A DNA stretch of 64,000 bases from the human T2T-CHM13v2.0 reference genome, Homo sapiens (GCF_009914755.1 NC_060927.1), one strand, 5' to 3'. Shown: positions 32,943 through 46,932, numbered from the stretch's first letter. Program-made: numbers and translations. Notes: a model not told the origin generated them from the sequence alone.

Positions 32943-33552
32943 TAGAGAAGTACCCGCTTCCTGTTAGTCTTGTGTTACTGAATTATGCTAAAGTGTTCTG
33001 GCCGCTAACTGGGTTACCACCTGAGAACATTAAAATCTGATTAGAGCATGTGTGTATATATGGGAAAATGAATCTGCAAGAACAAAACCTCATGAAAACA
33101 ATTCTGAGAAACAGAAGCAGGGAGATTAGAATTGGGAATTTGTAAACTGCAGATTATTTTGAAAGCCAGTTTTCTGTTTCTAGAATAGTACATATCATGC
33201 TGTGTCAGGGAAACCTGCCTCATTACTTGAGCACTAGAGAAAATGTTTGAACATAACCCATCAGAAAGAATTTGACCCTGATTATACTTTCAGATATCTA
33301 GTCTAAAGACTTTGTTTTGTTTGTTCTTGGTCTGCAGCATCCTTTTTACCCTTTAAGGGAAGTGCTGATACCAGCTGCAGACCTCTCACAGCCATACCAT
33401 CTTTTGTTTGCTTAATTTAGAAAAATTTCACTTGACTTTAACACAAAATGAGACATGAAATGTGTTCAACTGTGCTCGACGACTCAGCGTGTTGTACCCC
33501 TTTGGGAGGGAGTGAATTCAGTTCCCCACTTGTCAGTGGCTGCCAGATGAGG

Positions 33553-33790
33553 GGCAGTGTAGTTCAGTGTCAAATTGCATAGTTGTGGAACTGGACTGGA
33601 TTCAAATCTCTACTCTGGCACTTACAGCTGAAACAAGTTCCTTTCTTCCCTGCGCCTCGACTTCCTCACCCATAAAATGAGGACGCTAATAGTGCTGTTT
33701 CATGGGGTTGTCATGAGGAGTAAAGAGTTCCCATATACGCACTGCTTAACAGAGTGCCTGGCATGTAGCGCCACGCTGCGGACTGTCGGC
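33553..33790 (+). mobile_element. MIR SINE
   Basis: ctggattcaaatctctactctggcacttac...cttcctcacccataaaatgagg...gcttaacagagtgcctggcatgtag MIR core; several other MIR/L2 relics in the window are not individually listed. Confidence 0.75.
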
Positions 33791-34129
33791 CACTGCTGTT
33801 CCTACCCGCACCACCACCCTCATCATCATCAAGCAAGGATGTTCCCTCATTCTAAAAGCCTAGACAGAAGAGCCACACCAAGCTGAAATGTGGGATATTT
33901 GGCCCTCATTTTCTTTCCCCGTACAGCCAAAAACTCTCAGAGTTAGAGATGACAGAGTTCAGTGACCCAGTTAGTTATCTCTGTGTAAGGTATCTGACGA
34001 CACTGATTTAATTAAGTTAGGCATGGATTATGAAATGGATGGTTTCACATACTCCATAGTTACATGAAATTCTAATTCCAAACTGTTCCTTTCTTTAATT
34101 TGAATTAATCTCTATGCAATCTTTATCAG

Positions 34130-34159
34130 ATCTTTGTGGACCAAAAAGAAAGGACATTT
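34130..34159 (+). CDS. CACNA1D: Candidate 30-nt cassette microexon in the IVS2-S3 loop (IFVDQKERTF), exon-30a-like
   Basis: tctatgcaatctttatcag|ATCTTTGTGGACCAAAAAGAAAGGACATTT|gtaagt; phase 0-0, no stop, UGC at -15. Confidence 0.65.
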
Positions 34160-37100
34160 GTAAGTGATTAATTGGGGTGATTGCAGTGGGGTCAAATTTG
34201 GCACCTAATACATGGCCAGATGTTATTATCTACTGTGACTTGTCCATATCTACATACATAAACATTTCCTCCTTTTCCAAATTCATCTTAATTTCCTTTG
34301 AGATTTTGGTTTGCTTCCCTCTCACCTTTACTTCTTTGAACAATATTTGTCTGGACTGATGGAAAAGGTTGCAAAGTAAGAACATCGAAGGTACTTGAGA
34401 AATGCAACATGGAACCTCTCTGTGGAACATTTCCCAGATACCTGGGCCATGTCTTCCCTTGCCAGATGATTAAGCTCTGAAGTTTTTGAAAGCTTGCTCT
34501 AGGCTGAAGAGAAAGCACACTCACCCATGGTGTGTATGTGTGTGTGTCAGTGTGTGTGTGTGCACATGCGTGTGTGTTCATGTGTGTGCTTGCTCCCTTC
34601 AGCCGGCCAGTGCATTGACAGCCCAGTAGTGCACTGCCCAGTAGGCTGACAGTTGCCCAGAAGATCTCCAAACCTGGGAGGAGAGTTCAGTAGCGCGTGA
34701 ACAGATAGGCGATACCAAAGGGAAGTGAGTAGCTAAGCTATAATCAGTACTGATAGATCGGAGTTTTTAAATGGTTGATTTCTGCTGGAAATTGTACTGC
34801 TTGTAGTTTCACTCAGCAAGATATCTTCATAGCATTAGACAACCTCACGTTACAATTGGGAGAACTTTTAAGACAGTAGCAGCAGCATCTCCACACTTGA
34901 AGAGCACTGTCACTGCGTTCCCCCCGGCCAGGGGAGGTTGAGTTTATATCGTGTGCCGGGATGAGTGGGAGAGTATCGGTTCACCAAGAAGCAATGCCCT
35001 CCTTAAAATTTTTCCTGCCCTTTTTTTCTTGCTCTTCTCTTTGGTGTTCACAAGCCCAGCCCGAGCAAGTGGTCTTTCACAAAGAAGCCAGGGAGGCCTC
35101 CTCCCTCCTGGTCGGTGGGGTAGTCGGGCTGAAGAACAAGGTTGTCAAGGCTGCAGAAGGAGGAATATTCTGAGGAGATGGCCACATGGGACCTCAGCCT
35201 CCTCTCAGGAGAGCCTTTGTCTCATGGGAGGAGCTTTGTAACAGGGTCCCTCATGGCAGAGTTCTCCACTGAGTCAGGTACACCTTCTAGCAGGACTCGT
35301 CAGTATCTCTGTTAGGGGACACAGGCTGGCAGAGTTTCAGTTGCTTCATAAAATAAGTATAGAAAGTGAGGTAAGACAAAATTCTTACTGGTAGGTGAGA
35401 AGGCATTTCAAGAGGGAACGGTTAAAGAAAGTTGAGAAATCTGACCTTAAGGACTTATTTTATGTAAGGGAGCTTGATGGAGAAACTGGGCCTCCTAAGA
35501 GAGTATATTTAGAGGGAAATGGCCCAAGGTCATGGGAGATGAGATGACCCAGCCTCTGCCAACCCAGAGGGAGGTGGGAAGTAGACAGAGGGAGAAAACT
35601 CCGAGCTGGAAGCCTCCATGATGGAAGAGGCCATCTCACCTCAGGGGAGGAGGCATTTTGGAGCACTGGTCAGGCAAGAGTGGAAGGTAGTTAGGAGCCG
35701 AAGCGCAAAAGCATCCGGGAAAAGCAAGCAGGTGATTTAGCCGATTGTGGGTTCCCGAAGGGAAAGTTCACCAGCTGGGTGTTGACCTGGTGCAGCCTAG
35801 GTCCTGCTTTCAACTTGGGGTCAACTAGACCTCTGTAGGGTTTTCAAAAGCAGGCCCTAGTTTAGGTGACACAAGCCCCATTCTCCAAGCCTTTCCCTCC
35901 AGCTGCTAGAATTCTCCAACAAGTTCTCTTGCTCCAAGGAGGAAGATTGATTAAGAAGGGCCTTTTTCAAAGTGCTGGCTGCAGCAGGTATAGAGAGCAC
36001 TTCTGTGGAGTAAGAAGAGCCTGGTCTGTCTGGGATTCTCTTTGTGGGATGTTACCCATCTGGCGTTTTGTCCAGGCTGCATTCTAGGCCATGTTGTTTG
36101 CTGCGGTTACTGGCCTTCTCCAGTGAGCCATACTTCGTTCCCATCTTAGTCCTTTAAAGTGTTTTGATCTTGATTCTACCCTGAAAATATACTAATTTAT
36201 ACTCCTAGCTACTTGGGCTGGAAAAAGTAAGGAGAAATTAGGTTTGGGGAAAGAAGAAAGTGTTTTGGTGCTGTCCTCATGCTGCTGTGCAGAGCTGATG
36301 CAGAATGGGCACTGAGTCCTCATCTGCCTTCAAGGGCTCTGTTCGCTGCTCCAGGGTCCCTTGCAAGAGTAGAGCTTCTTCATGATCTTCCTAGAGTACC
36401 TTTTCCACCTGCTGGAGAGAAAATTTGACACTGTTTTTTTTTCAGTTCTTCATGACCCCATCTGTTCTAGATTTACTTTTAATGGCAAATAATACTTGAA
36501 ACCAAGTATTACTGTCCTTAGAACTTTACATTGGGCTTCTTGTTGGGCTCCATCCTGTCCTTTTGACATTGAGGTTTCCCAGAGCCCTCTCCTGGTCCCC
36601 TTCTTGCCTGGTAAGATGCATACATGCCAGAGCGTCAGTGGCCGCCTCTGTGGCATGCAGACCTGCACTGCCCTTCTCTCTCCTGAGCTTCTATGCCTCC
36701 CTGCCTTCAAAATGATCTCCCTGCCTCTGGCCTCAGCCCTTCTACCTACTCCCTTTGTAAGCCCAAAGCTGACCAGACCACTCTTGCAGTGATATTTTGG
36801 CACTGGCCACCTATTGCTTGAGAAAGCATATACAATTTTCTTAGTCGAATATTCAAAGTCCTCCATGAAGCACTGGCCCCTGTATATTTCTGCCTCATTT
36901 CCTGCCATTCCCTCCCTGCTATTTCTTCGTCCCCACCCCATCCCCAGGTGTTGGCATGCTAGACCTTTCCCTGCCCATGCGCCTCTGTCTAGATACCCTG
37001 CTTCCTCTTTGTTATCCTTGAAGGCCTGTGGGAAATGTTATCTTCTCTGAGACAGCATCCTCACCCCAGCCAGAGCCAGCCCTGTCCTCTGCTCATGCAT

Positions 37101-40100
37101 CCGTTGGGGGCCTACTATGCACCATCGTTACCAACACTACTCCATGTCTGCCTCTCTGTTTGTTGGTGAGCAGCTGCTTGAGGTCTCAGGCTGAGTCTTC
37201 TGCTTCTGGCTCTGTGGTACCTCACATGATGCCTGGTGGTAGCTTCCTGGTGGTAGCTCAGTAAGATTGGTGGAATGAAGAAAGGAATAAAGGGATGATC
37301 CTGGAAGTGCAGCCTCTGGGCATGAGACGATACCTGCTTTTCTGTCGCAGGGTATCTGGGTAGAGCAGAGTGGAGCACATCTTCCCTTAATTCCCCGCTT
37401 ACCTTTGGAAAGGCTTTTGCTAGTTAGAAAGCTGTCAGGCATAGTTTCTACCAAAAGTTGGCACTTTGGGTTATCACTTGGGTCAAATGCTACCCAAATA
37501 ATCCCTGCCAGCATGGGTAAGAGATCTGGCTGCCATGATCAATGACAAAAGGCACATTATTTATATAGGCTTCTACCGATCTGCAGATGGGAGTGAATCC
37601 AGGCAGCAAAAGGAATCTGAACTTGGGTCACTTTTCTTGTTTCCCATTTGCAACCGTTCCACAAACATTGCCCCCTTACCATGTGCAACGCCTGTGCCAT
37701 ATCCTGGCAAGAGGGCCAGGAATAAGAGATGTGCCTTCCAGGAGCCCACTGTCCAGCAGGAGACAAACATTGATGGATGGTGACAATAGGGTTCTTAGAC
37801 ATAGTGGTGCTTCCTGACCCTGAGGCCCACATTAGTCTGGTTTATGATTTTAAATTTCCAGAGTCAGAAATGTTTCTGCGCAATACATATTGCATGTGGC
37901 TGACTTGTTTGGTCTTTTCAGACAGGTAGAGCTGGACACAAAAATAATATAGATTTGACTGCTGGTTCCACTTGAGAGGTTCTGGCCTCAGAATTCAGTT
38001 GTAGGAGAACACATCATCATAGGCCAAGAGGAGAGAGCAGGGAGAGGGGCCCTCTGTTAGGAGCCGTGTCATTTCTTATATCTTATCTTCTGGTTACAAA
38101 GGCAATATGGTGCCTTTGGTGGGAGAAGGGTGGGGGAACTGAGTCATGCCACTTGACGGTGATTTTATTAAACAAGAGGCTACTAAATAGGGAAACAGTA
38201 TGTGGGAAGAATGGGAGGGCTGACATTTTCTCCCTCCCCTGGACTCCTGTCAGAGCCACCTGGTCAGAGCCTGTGATTTCAGCCACCTGCCTTCTGCTTC
38301 CTAGATTAAGGGTGTCAACCTTCAGTCCATCAATCATTCCAATTTGGGCACAGTTTTATGAGTGTGAGGGGTTTCTGGAGAGAGAGTCAATGAAATTGCC
38401 AAAAAATTCCAAGACCCCAAGGAAATATTAAGCCCCTATTGTGTTGATTTAAACGGATTTTATCCATCACAGTGCACCAGCATTGAGAATATCTTATAGG
38501 CTGATGGAAATGGCCTGAAGGGGAGAACACTGATAATTCTGGAGAGAGGGAGAGAGGAGCTGTTCAGGAATAAAATCTCAAAGTCAGAGGCTGGCCTCCA
38601 GCACCCATGTGGTGGGTTTGGCCTTTGGGAAATGACATAAATAATGGAGAGAAGCGGCGCACACGGTACAAATGCAGGCGGGGCTGGGGCACGCACCACA
38701 GCAGGTGCGAAGGGCGAACGCTGGGTCTCCTCCGCCTTGTCAGTACTCTGGAGGTCTAGTTGCTACTTGTGACCAAGTTTTTGATCAAGGTGTAAATTCC
38801 TTCCTAGAGGGGAGGGGAAGGATCACTGTGCTTTCTTTAGCTTTTGAGTTACTCTTAACTCCATGAAGAAAAGGGCAGGCTCTGCCCCTCCAAGTGTGGT
38901 CTGTGGCACTGCCACCAGTCAGAGAACTGCTTGTTATCCATTCGCAACAAGAGCTGTCAGCTCTAACACTAAGCACATTGATTCAGCTGGCTTTCTTGTT
39001 AGGAGACTTCTTGGACGAAGGAAACTGCTGTGTTCCCTTACAACCTGAGGCTAGCTCTTGATCTCACCTCTGACTGCTAGTCTAGACCTCAAAGGCAGCC
39101 CATCTCTGCTCAGTTTTGCCAGCCAAGAATCATGAATTCATGCAAAGGAAAGCTAGAAAGCATAAGCTGTGCTGTTTTTAAAATAGCCCTTCCCATTAGA
39201 CTTTTATACATAGATCATCAGATTTGGGGCTCACAAATTCCTTTTGTCTGCTGATAGATGGGCCAGGGAGGGTAGCAGTCAGTGAGGGTAAAATGGGAGA
39301 GAGGCACTGTGATCATAGGGCAGGGAGAGAGGTGGAGAGTTGGTTAGGAACCACGGCGGTTGGGTGGGGGAATCTTACATTATTAAGATTAAATTTAAGA
39401 AGCAAACCCGAAGTCAGTGTCGTAGCTCCCCCATAAATGCACCTAGACTGATGGATGGTGACTAGAATAAACATCCCTACTCCAGCTGTTAGGACAGTCA
39501 GTACGTCCACATCTTCTATACTGTCGCAAAAGGCTGTGGTTCTGCAGTGGCTTCTTCTGGGTCTGTGTTTGATCACAAGTTTCTGGGACCTGACACCTCA
39601 AAGTACTTTTTGTTCTGGTTTTCTTAATGCAGCACTAAATGTACCCCGTTGTAAACAGGCTGGGCCCCATTTTATATAATATGTACCTGAATTTTCATTT
39701 CCAAAAAGCGTCCAGACTCTTTGGAAAAACACAGTTGGTTTATAGACAGAGCTGTTGATCTTGACAGTCAGTCCGTTGCCTCTTTGGCTGTCTGTGCAGT
39801 ATCTCCCCACCACCCTCTCCAACCGGGAGCTTCCCAGGGGTGTCGAGAGACCACAGGCACTCATTTAGCACCTGCTGTGCTGATGCTGGAAGAAGATGTA
39901 TAATGTCCGGCACATACATATAGATTTTAAGTTACAATTGTGGGGATGTTGTACCCTCAAAATTGTTGCAAGATAGCAGGACCTGAACAAACAACCAGAC
40001 AAAGCTGGATGACAGGCAGGGTGCAAGTTGGTGGACAAAGGGGACATTGCACATGTCAAGCACTGACTGGGTTCAAGGCTCTGGCTAGATAATGGGGTTA

Positions 40101-41212
40101 GGGAAGTTGGGGGACTGAATATGCAGCACAGTCATCATCCTTCAGGGCTTTTGATTGGTAGAGCTGCAGACAAAGACCCCACATTCAGCCATCAGTACGT
40201 AAGAGATTCAGCGTCAGCCTGAGGGAGTGCAGACAGCCGGGACTGCGAAGGTTCCATCAGGGAACATTTATCTGACCTTGAAGAAGGGTGAAGTTGAACA
40301 GATGGAGTTGGGGTTAGGCAATTAGGATTGCAGAGACATCAGGAGGTGGGGAGGAACCTGGTGCTATTTTCGAAGGATGGGAAGGACTCCTCTCAGCCTA
40401 GAGGGTGAAAAGTGGGAGGGAAAGAAAGCAAAAGCTGAGATGGAAGAAGGAGCCTATTGGCTTCTTTGAAGGACAGAGGGAGCCCTGGAACATCCTCTTC
40501 ATTCCATACTCTTTTCTACTATAGAGCCTGCCTTGACTTCCCCACACTAAGCACCACCCCCATGACAAGGAGCCAGTGTCTCTGCCACGACGCTGTGCCT
40601 CACGGTGCCTGTGTCCCCGTAAGCCATTATCTACCCGTCTGTGTCGTCTACACTGAGAGTTCTTTGAAGACAGGGACTTGTCTCAGTCATCCTGCCACAA
40701 GGCATGGCCTTTGTAATACAGGCTGGACTTGCGAGGACTGGAGAGCATTGCTGGCCCATTTGAAGGAGCACAGAAATGGAAATGTGTGCAATGCCTGGTG
40801 ACAGTGCTCTTTAAGTGGGGTGAATGGAGATTCTAAGGAAGGAGTCCATCAGATCGTGAGGGTTTGGGATCATCCCTCTGGGTACCAGGACAAGGTTGCC
40901 AAAATGCCTTCCTCTGCCCTGTAGATATCCTGCTTGGTTTGGTGCCACTCAGGACCGTGAGTGTGTGTGTGTGTGTGTGTATGCACACGTGTGTGTGTGC
41001 GTGGGCGTGCACCTTCTCTCACACATAAAGGTGCACAACCACCCTGCTGTGCCCCTTTCCACCAGTGGACAGTATTGTTACTTCCCCTTTGGCTTTCCCA
41101 CCCTACCTGGGTGCCATGGGTGCGGCAGGGACTCGGATTCGCCCCTATACGGTCCGTGTGGTGGGTCATTCATACATGCTCATAAACATCTGCCCTCGCC
41201 TGCTCTGTCCAG

Positions 41213-41296
41213 GGGTATTTTAGTGACGCCTGGAACACGTTTGACTCCCTCATCGTAATCGGCAGCATTATAGACGTGGCCCTCAGCGAAGCAGAC
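41213..41296 (+). CDS. CACNA1D: Mutually exclusive IVS3 exon, first copy (31a-type; [28 protein letters not shown])
   Basis: ctgtccag|GGGTAT ... GCAGAC|gtgagt; 84 nt. Confidence 0.96.
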
Positions 41297-41765
41297 GTGA
41301 GTATGCACCTGGCGTGGCCGCCACCTGTGTCCTCTCTCCTCTGTCTGTGCATACTCCGCTCCCTGCCCTGCAGTGGCATCACCTGGACAAGTCACAGATC
41401 CCAGTCACTTGATCTGAAACTAGGATTTCCTAATGAGAGCTGTAGGCAAGACGTGTTTCAGGGTAGAGCCTTATCCCAGGGCCTTTTGTAGACACAAATC
41501 ACCTTTTGGAGGACAGGCCTTTTTGCAGCATTTACCCTGGTCACTAGTAGGCAAGGTAAGATAGGATGTCTCTGATTGTTTTCATTTGCTGTGTCAGAAG
41601 TGATACCCACAGTGGCGTATCTATAACATGTTTATTTTAGGGGGATGTTTCAAGTCGCCGTGTGGCGCGATGCTAGAATGTTCCCCTTTTGTAACACTGT
41701 CCTTTTCTTCTTTTTTCCTGTGGTGCTTCCTCTCCTCTGTGGCTTCTGAATGCTTGCCCTAACAG

Positions 41766-41849
41766 CACTATTTCACTGATGCATGGAACACTTTTGATGC
41801 CTTAATTGTTGTTGGTAGCGTCGTTGATATTGCTATAACTGAAGTGAAT
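41766..41849 (+). CDS. CACNA1D: Mutually exclusive IVS3 exon, second copy (31b-type; [28 protein letters not shown])
   Basis: ccctaacag|CACTAT ... GTGAAT|gtaagt; 84 nt; missed by the ORF track. Confidence 0.94.
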
Positions 41850-44800
41850 GTAAGTAGCAAACTTTGTGTCCTATATCATGGTTGTTTTCATTAAGTCTGA
41901 CATAGAAGAGACTAGAGGCCCTGCCCTTAAACCTCCACACACTTTAGAAATCCAGACACAAATTTATTTTGAAAGACTAAGGATAATTTGTAGTTTCCTC
42001 TATCTCACCCCATCTCTATCTCCTTCCCCTGAAAAAGAGTGGGGAAGTCTATGTAGAATTGCCTTTTGGAACTAGAATAGTATTTCAAAAGATCTAATTA
42101 AAGTTATAAGGGCTGGGAGTTAATTGTGTGTCCGTGTGAATGTTGTCACTCACCAGTCGTGTGACCGTGGAAGTCATCCGAGTGCTATGTGCCTCAGTCT
42201 TTCCAGCTGTACATGGAGTTACTGATGTGCACCCTCGTCCCCGCAATGGTTCTGTGAGGGCACAGGCAGGAGACCCCACAGCCAGCTATGCCCTGAGCCT
42301 GTGGTGGCTGCTGCTGGTGCCCTCACCTGTACCGTGTCTGCTCTGAGTCTGACTGGTGACACTGGTGAACGTCCCACACCCAAAGGGTGATGCCAGCCAG
42401 TGGAAGGCTGCTTGGGGCCAGGGAAAAGAGGGCCGAGTGCAAACCAGGGAGAGGGTGTCAGTCCGCCTTTGTTACATCCAGTAGATTCACTTGAGGGGGA
42501 ACAAGTGCAGTAGTGGCATTGTAGATGGAGTGAACCACTCTCCCTAGAAGCACTCTGAGCACCTCTCCCCCTGCAAAATTAAGAAGCGTGAGAAAGGGAG
42601 CCCCTCCTTCTGCCTGGCTCCCCTTGGGTCTGACCCATGCTAGACCGGAAGGCCTCAGGCAGGCAGAAAGGGCCCTGTCTACCTGATCTGTTCCCAGTTC
42701 ATCAGCAAGTCTTAGTGGGCGTCCAGTGTGTGTGCCGAGCCTGTGCAGAGCCTTTCGAGAGAGTGGGCGGAGCACGGGGAGGGACTGTTGTGTGGTATTG
42801 GCTTTTGCTCCACAATGTCCAGCCCACCCCCTGCCCCTGATGCTCTGCCTGGTGACATCTGCAGGATTGAGGATTATAAGGTCCATCCTGGTGCCCAGAC
42901 AGCCTGCATCACACAAGGACTGTGAAATCCCTGTATGCCACCTATCTGGGTCCATGCTGATCCTGGCGTGTGAATAGTAAGACAGCCACCAGCCTGGCAG
43001 TCCTAAGACCTGGCAGTTGCAGCCCTAGTTCCAAACTGACTTGGATTCCAGCTCCCTCATGGGCCAAGTGGGGTGAATAACATCTGCCCCCTTGCTGCAG
43101 ATATGTTATAGTGATAAAATGATCGGAATATTCGGGAAAATGCTTGCTAAAAACCCCAAAGTTTTAGGGAGATACAAGTTTTGTATTATTCTAAGTGTAG
43201 ATTTTCCCTGTAATAAGTAAAACAGACTGTCAGACGTGACTGTGCCCATGAGGGTGTGATTTAAGCCTCGTCATGCCACGCTATGACCAGGCACTCAGAT
43301 GGTATTTTGCTAGACCTAGGTATACACATATTCCAACTTCTAAAGCCCAGACATGTAAATTCTACTTCATGTGAAATGTTCCATGTGTCAGCTATAAAAT
43401 TGCCATTCAGATATGTAAATGATGCTTGGTTGTAAAATAAGCTGGTGCTAATGGGAGAACAGCAGGTCCCTAACTGGGCTGCCCTGAGCTCTCTCCGAAG
43501 TTTATGGCTAGACATCTGCCAGTTTAATCATCTCACAACGCAAAGTGCTTACAATCTACTCGGAGGTATATTTACATGAAAATTCTGGAACATACCCTTC
43601 TGTGAGCCAGAGATGGCCTATAATGGAAGCAAAAATACAATAAACCAGCAGCTCGGCAGATATCCCTGGACTGCTCAGCACTTCAAGTGCTGTGCAGGTG
43701 GTGGGTGTAAACACTTAGCTTCCGGGCACCAGGATGTGGCCAAGGTCTGTCCACCTGGGGACACCCAGCTTTCTCACGCCTGACCTGCCTGCTGGCTGGC
43801 AGGGGTGTAGCACCCATGTACTCAGGGACAGCACGCGCCCGGCTTCCTGGCTGCCTCACGTGTGCTGCAGGCTGGCCCTGCTCCTCCCGCTGCCCCTGTC
43901 CCCTGTGGCCCAGCTTTGCTCATCAGTGTATCAGTGTTGCTGTGTTCACCTTGCACCAGTCAGGAAAGGGGCAGGTCTACGCTGAAGTTTCTAGTTAGCA
44001 TTTGACATTGGGGTATCTGTGCAACACAGGCTTTCAGGGGGCCCCTTCTTGGCATGCAATTAAACTTTCAAAATCACCTAGGCAGACACTCCCATAGTGT
44101 GCTTTCAGTCAGTGACCTTTTTCCTGGTCAGCTGTGGCCTGAGACCAGATATATTCCTCAGCCATGGCAATGCCAGTTCCCTACCCCAGGCCAGCAGAAC
44201 ACCACCTTCAGAAATCTCAGTGTCTCCTTGCTGGGCCTTGGAACAGAGGGGATGCTCAAGGCCACCTTCACATTTATTCCATCTTTCAACACACATTCAC
44301 TGGGCATCTATCACTTACAGGCTCTGGGCTAGGCTGTGGGGAGGCACAAAGATAAAAAAGGACTGGGTGTCCTTAACCTCTGGTGTAAATACATGACAGT
44401 GGGACTGTTGGTTCTGACACCCCACTCCCCTCCACATGTAGTTCCCCTGGGGAGCAGTGCACATCACATCCTTGGTGGCCTTGTCCCCTGAGCTGAGGGG
44501 TCAGCTGTCAGCTGGGTGTGAACACCTTTGGTTCATCATTGGCTGGTTGTAGCTGCCATAAGTCATCATTGTTTGCAATGTTTAACCTGCCATGCTCTCT
44601 TCCCCAAACTCTGTTGATCTTTCTTTTCTGTTGCCTAATTGATTTTCATGTTGGTTTTATTTTTAGAAAATTGTAGCGGCAAGTATATATAAGCATATAT
44701 ACGGTGAAGTCCTTAAAGCAAAGCACTTCTAAAGAATGTGTGCTTGTTTTTGGCCTCTCCACCTTTGGTTTTCACTGCGCTCCACAGGACGTGCTAAGGA

Positions 44801-46433
44801 TTGGTTGCAATCATCTAAATTGTTCCCCATCCCATAGATTGTCATCTCCAGCCTGGGGCCATCTTGGTCAGTCACACTTGGCTCTGTGACTTGCCAACAT
44901 AGTCTTCCAGAATGAATGATCTGGCTGAGAAATGATTGAATTCAGCCTGCGTTTGTATTCTTTGCAAAAACGTTTTGGGTAGTCCTTTGCATGGTCCTGC
45001 CTGCGCACGCACCAGCCTGCTTCATCCTACTGTCCCCCTCCCATGTCCCCACACCCCGCTCAGTTCCTGGTTTGGCAGCACTCATGGACTTATCTCCATC
45101 ACATTTGGTCCTAACCTCACCAGGCTGCTAAAATGACACACTGTGACTGCTGGGCTCCCTCTTGCTCCGTCCCTCTTTGATGCCTGTTTGTTCCTTGAAT
45201 GATGAAATGACCCAGCAACATACTGTCCCTAACCCATGGATGGCTGTCACTGACATTTGTCTCTTCTCATTATCATTAGTGTCTGGGAGGCAAAACACTT
45301 GTTTAGAAGCTGTATCTGCCTTATTATTACTTACTTTGAAGGAGCAGGTAAAAAGTCATTAGGGAGCTCACTCTCAGAGATCCAGGAATGGTCCCTGCCT
45401 TTTAAGGTATGCTGTTTGGACCAGGTGGCTGACAGTCTCACTCATCTTCTTTTTCTGACCCCACAGTAAGGTTGTGTAGTCCCCCATTTCATATGTGAAC
45501 CCTTTCCCAGGAGCCAGCTCAGCTGGGCACTGGGTTGTGGACACAGACCCAGCAACCCCAAATAAAGAAGCCCTCCTCCCAGAGGTGTTACCTGTGAGCT
45601 CAGAAATAGTCAGAGGGAAGACTGGCTTCTCCGCAATGCCTCGGATTACCTGGCCCAGCTGTTCTGGGATGCTGGTTTGCTTCCTGTCTGAATTAGAAAG
45701 CTGCATCCTCTCAGCTCTTCCAAGCACAGATAGAAATTAAAACAGAAAATGAAATGGACTGATTTCATTGATTTCACTTGGGAACCTCAGGGTCTTTTTG
45801 ACTTCCACGGTTGCAGGGGGCTGCCCCAGAGCCTATGTGGTAAGAGCCTGCTTGAGAGCCCTGTGGGAAGAGGCTCGAGGGAACATCAGCAGAGCCCCAG
45901 GAATCTAAGGAGCTTTCTGGACCCTGACATGTAGTCCGGCCTCCTGAGGCTAAGGGGCTGTCTCCTGTAGGGTTCCCAGCTGAAGAATGTGACATCTTAG
46001 GGTGGGAAGGGACTGCCAAGTTTGTCTTGTCCAAGCCCTGAGGTGACACTGGAATTCCGCTTATTGAAAACTGATTAGTAGCCCCTTGTGGCCATGTTTG
46101 GAAAGCTACCTAGTGAAGAGTCCTTCCCCAGTCTGGTGTCCTCTAGGGGTGTCCAGCATAGCGTAGCCCACTTGCGTTCCAGCTCCACCAGTTCCCTTCA
46201 TGTTGAAACCTCCTCCATCCCTTGTAGGGGAGATGGGGATGGAGTCTAATCGCTCTCTCTTCATCCGTGTACTGTTCCCTCGTCAACCCAGAAAGAACCC
46301 ACTGTTCAGCCACAGCAGCCTGAGTGGGCTTTTCTAGTGACCCCACTCTGTATGGCCGCTCGAGATCTAAAGGGCATTAGCTGGTATAGGCCACCTGTTA
46401 ACTACTCGGGCCAGCTTTACCCTGGCCCAGGAC

Positions 46434-46932
<499 letters not shown>

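Noticed and set aside
38640-38740. Small CpG-dense patch (also ~34690-34770 and ~61660-61740)
   Set aside because: Too short for a CpG island and no convincing motif; cannot support a regulatory call from sequence alone
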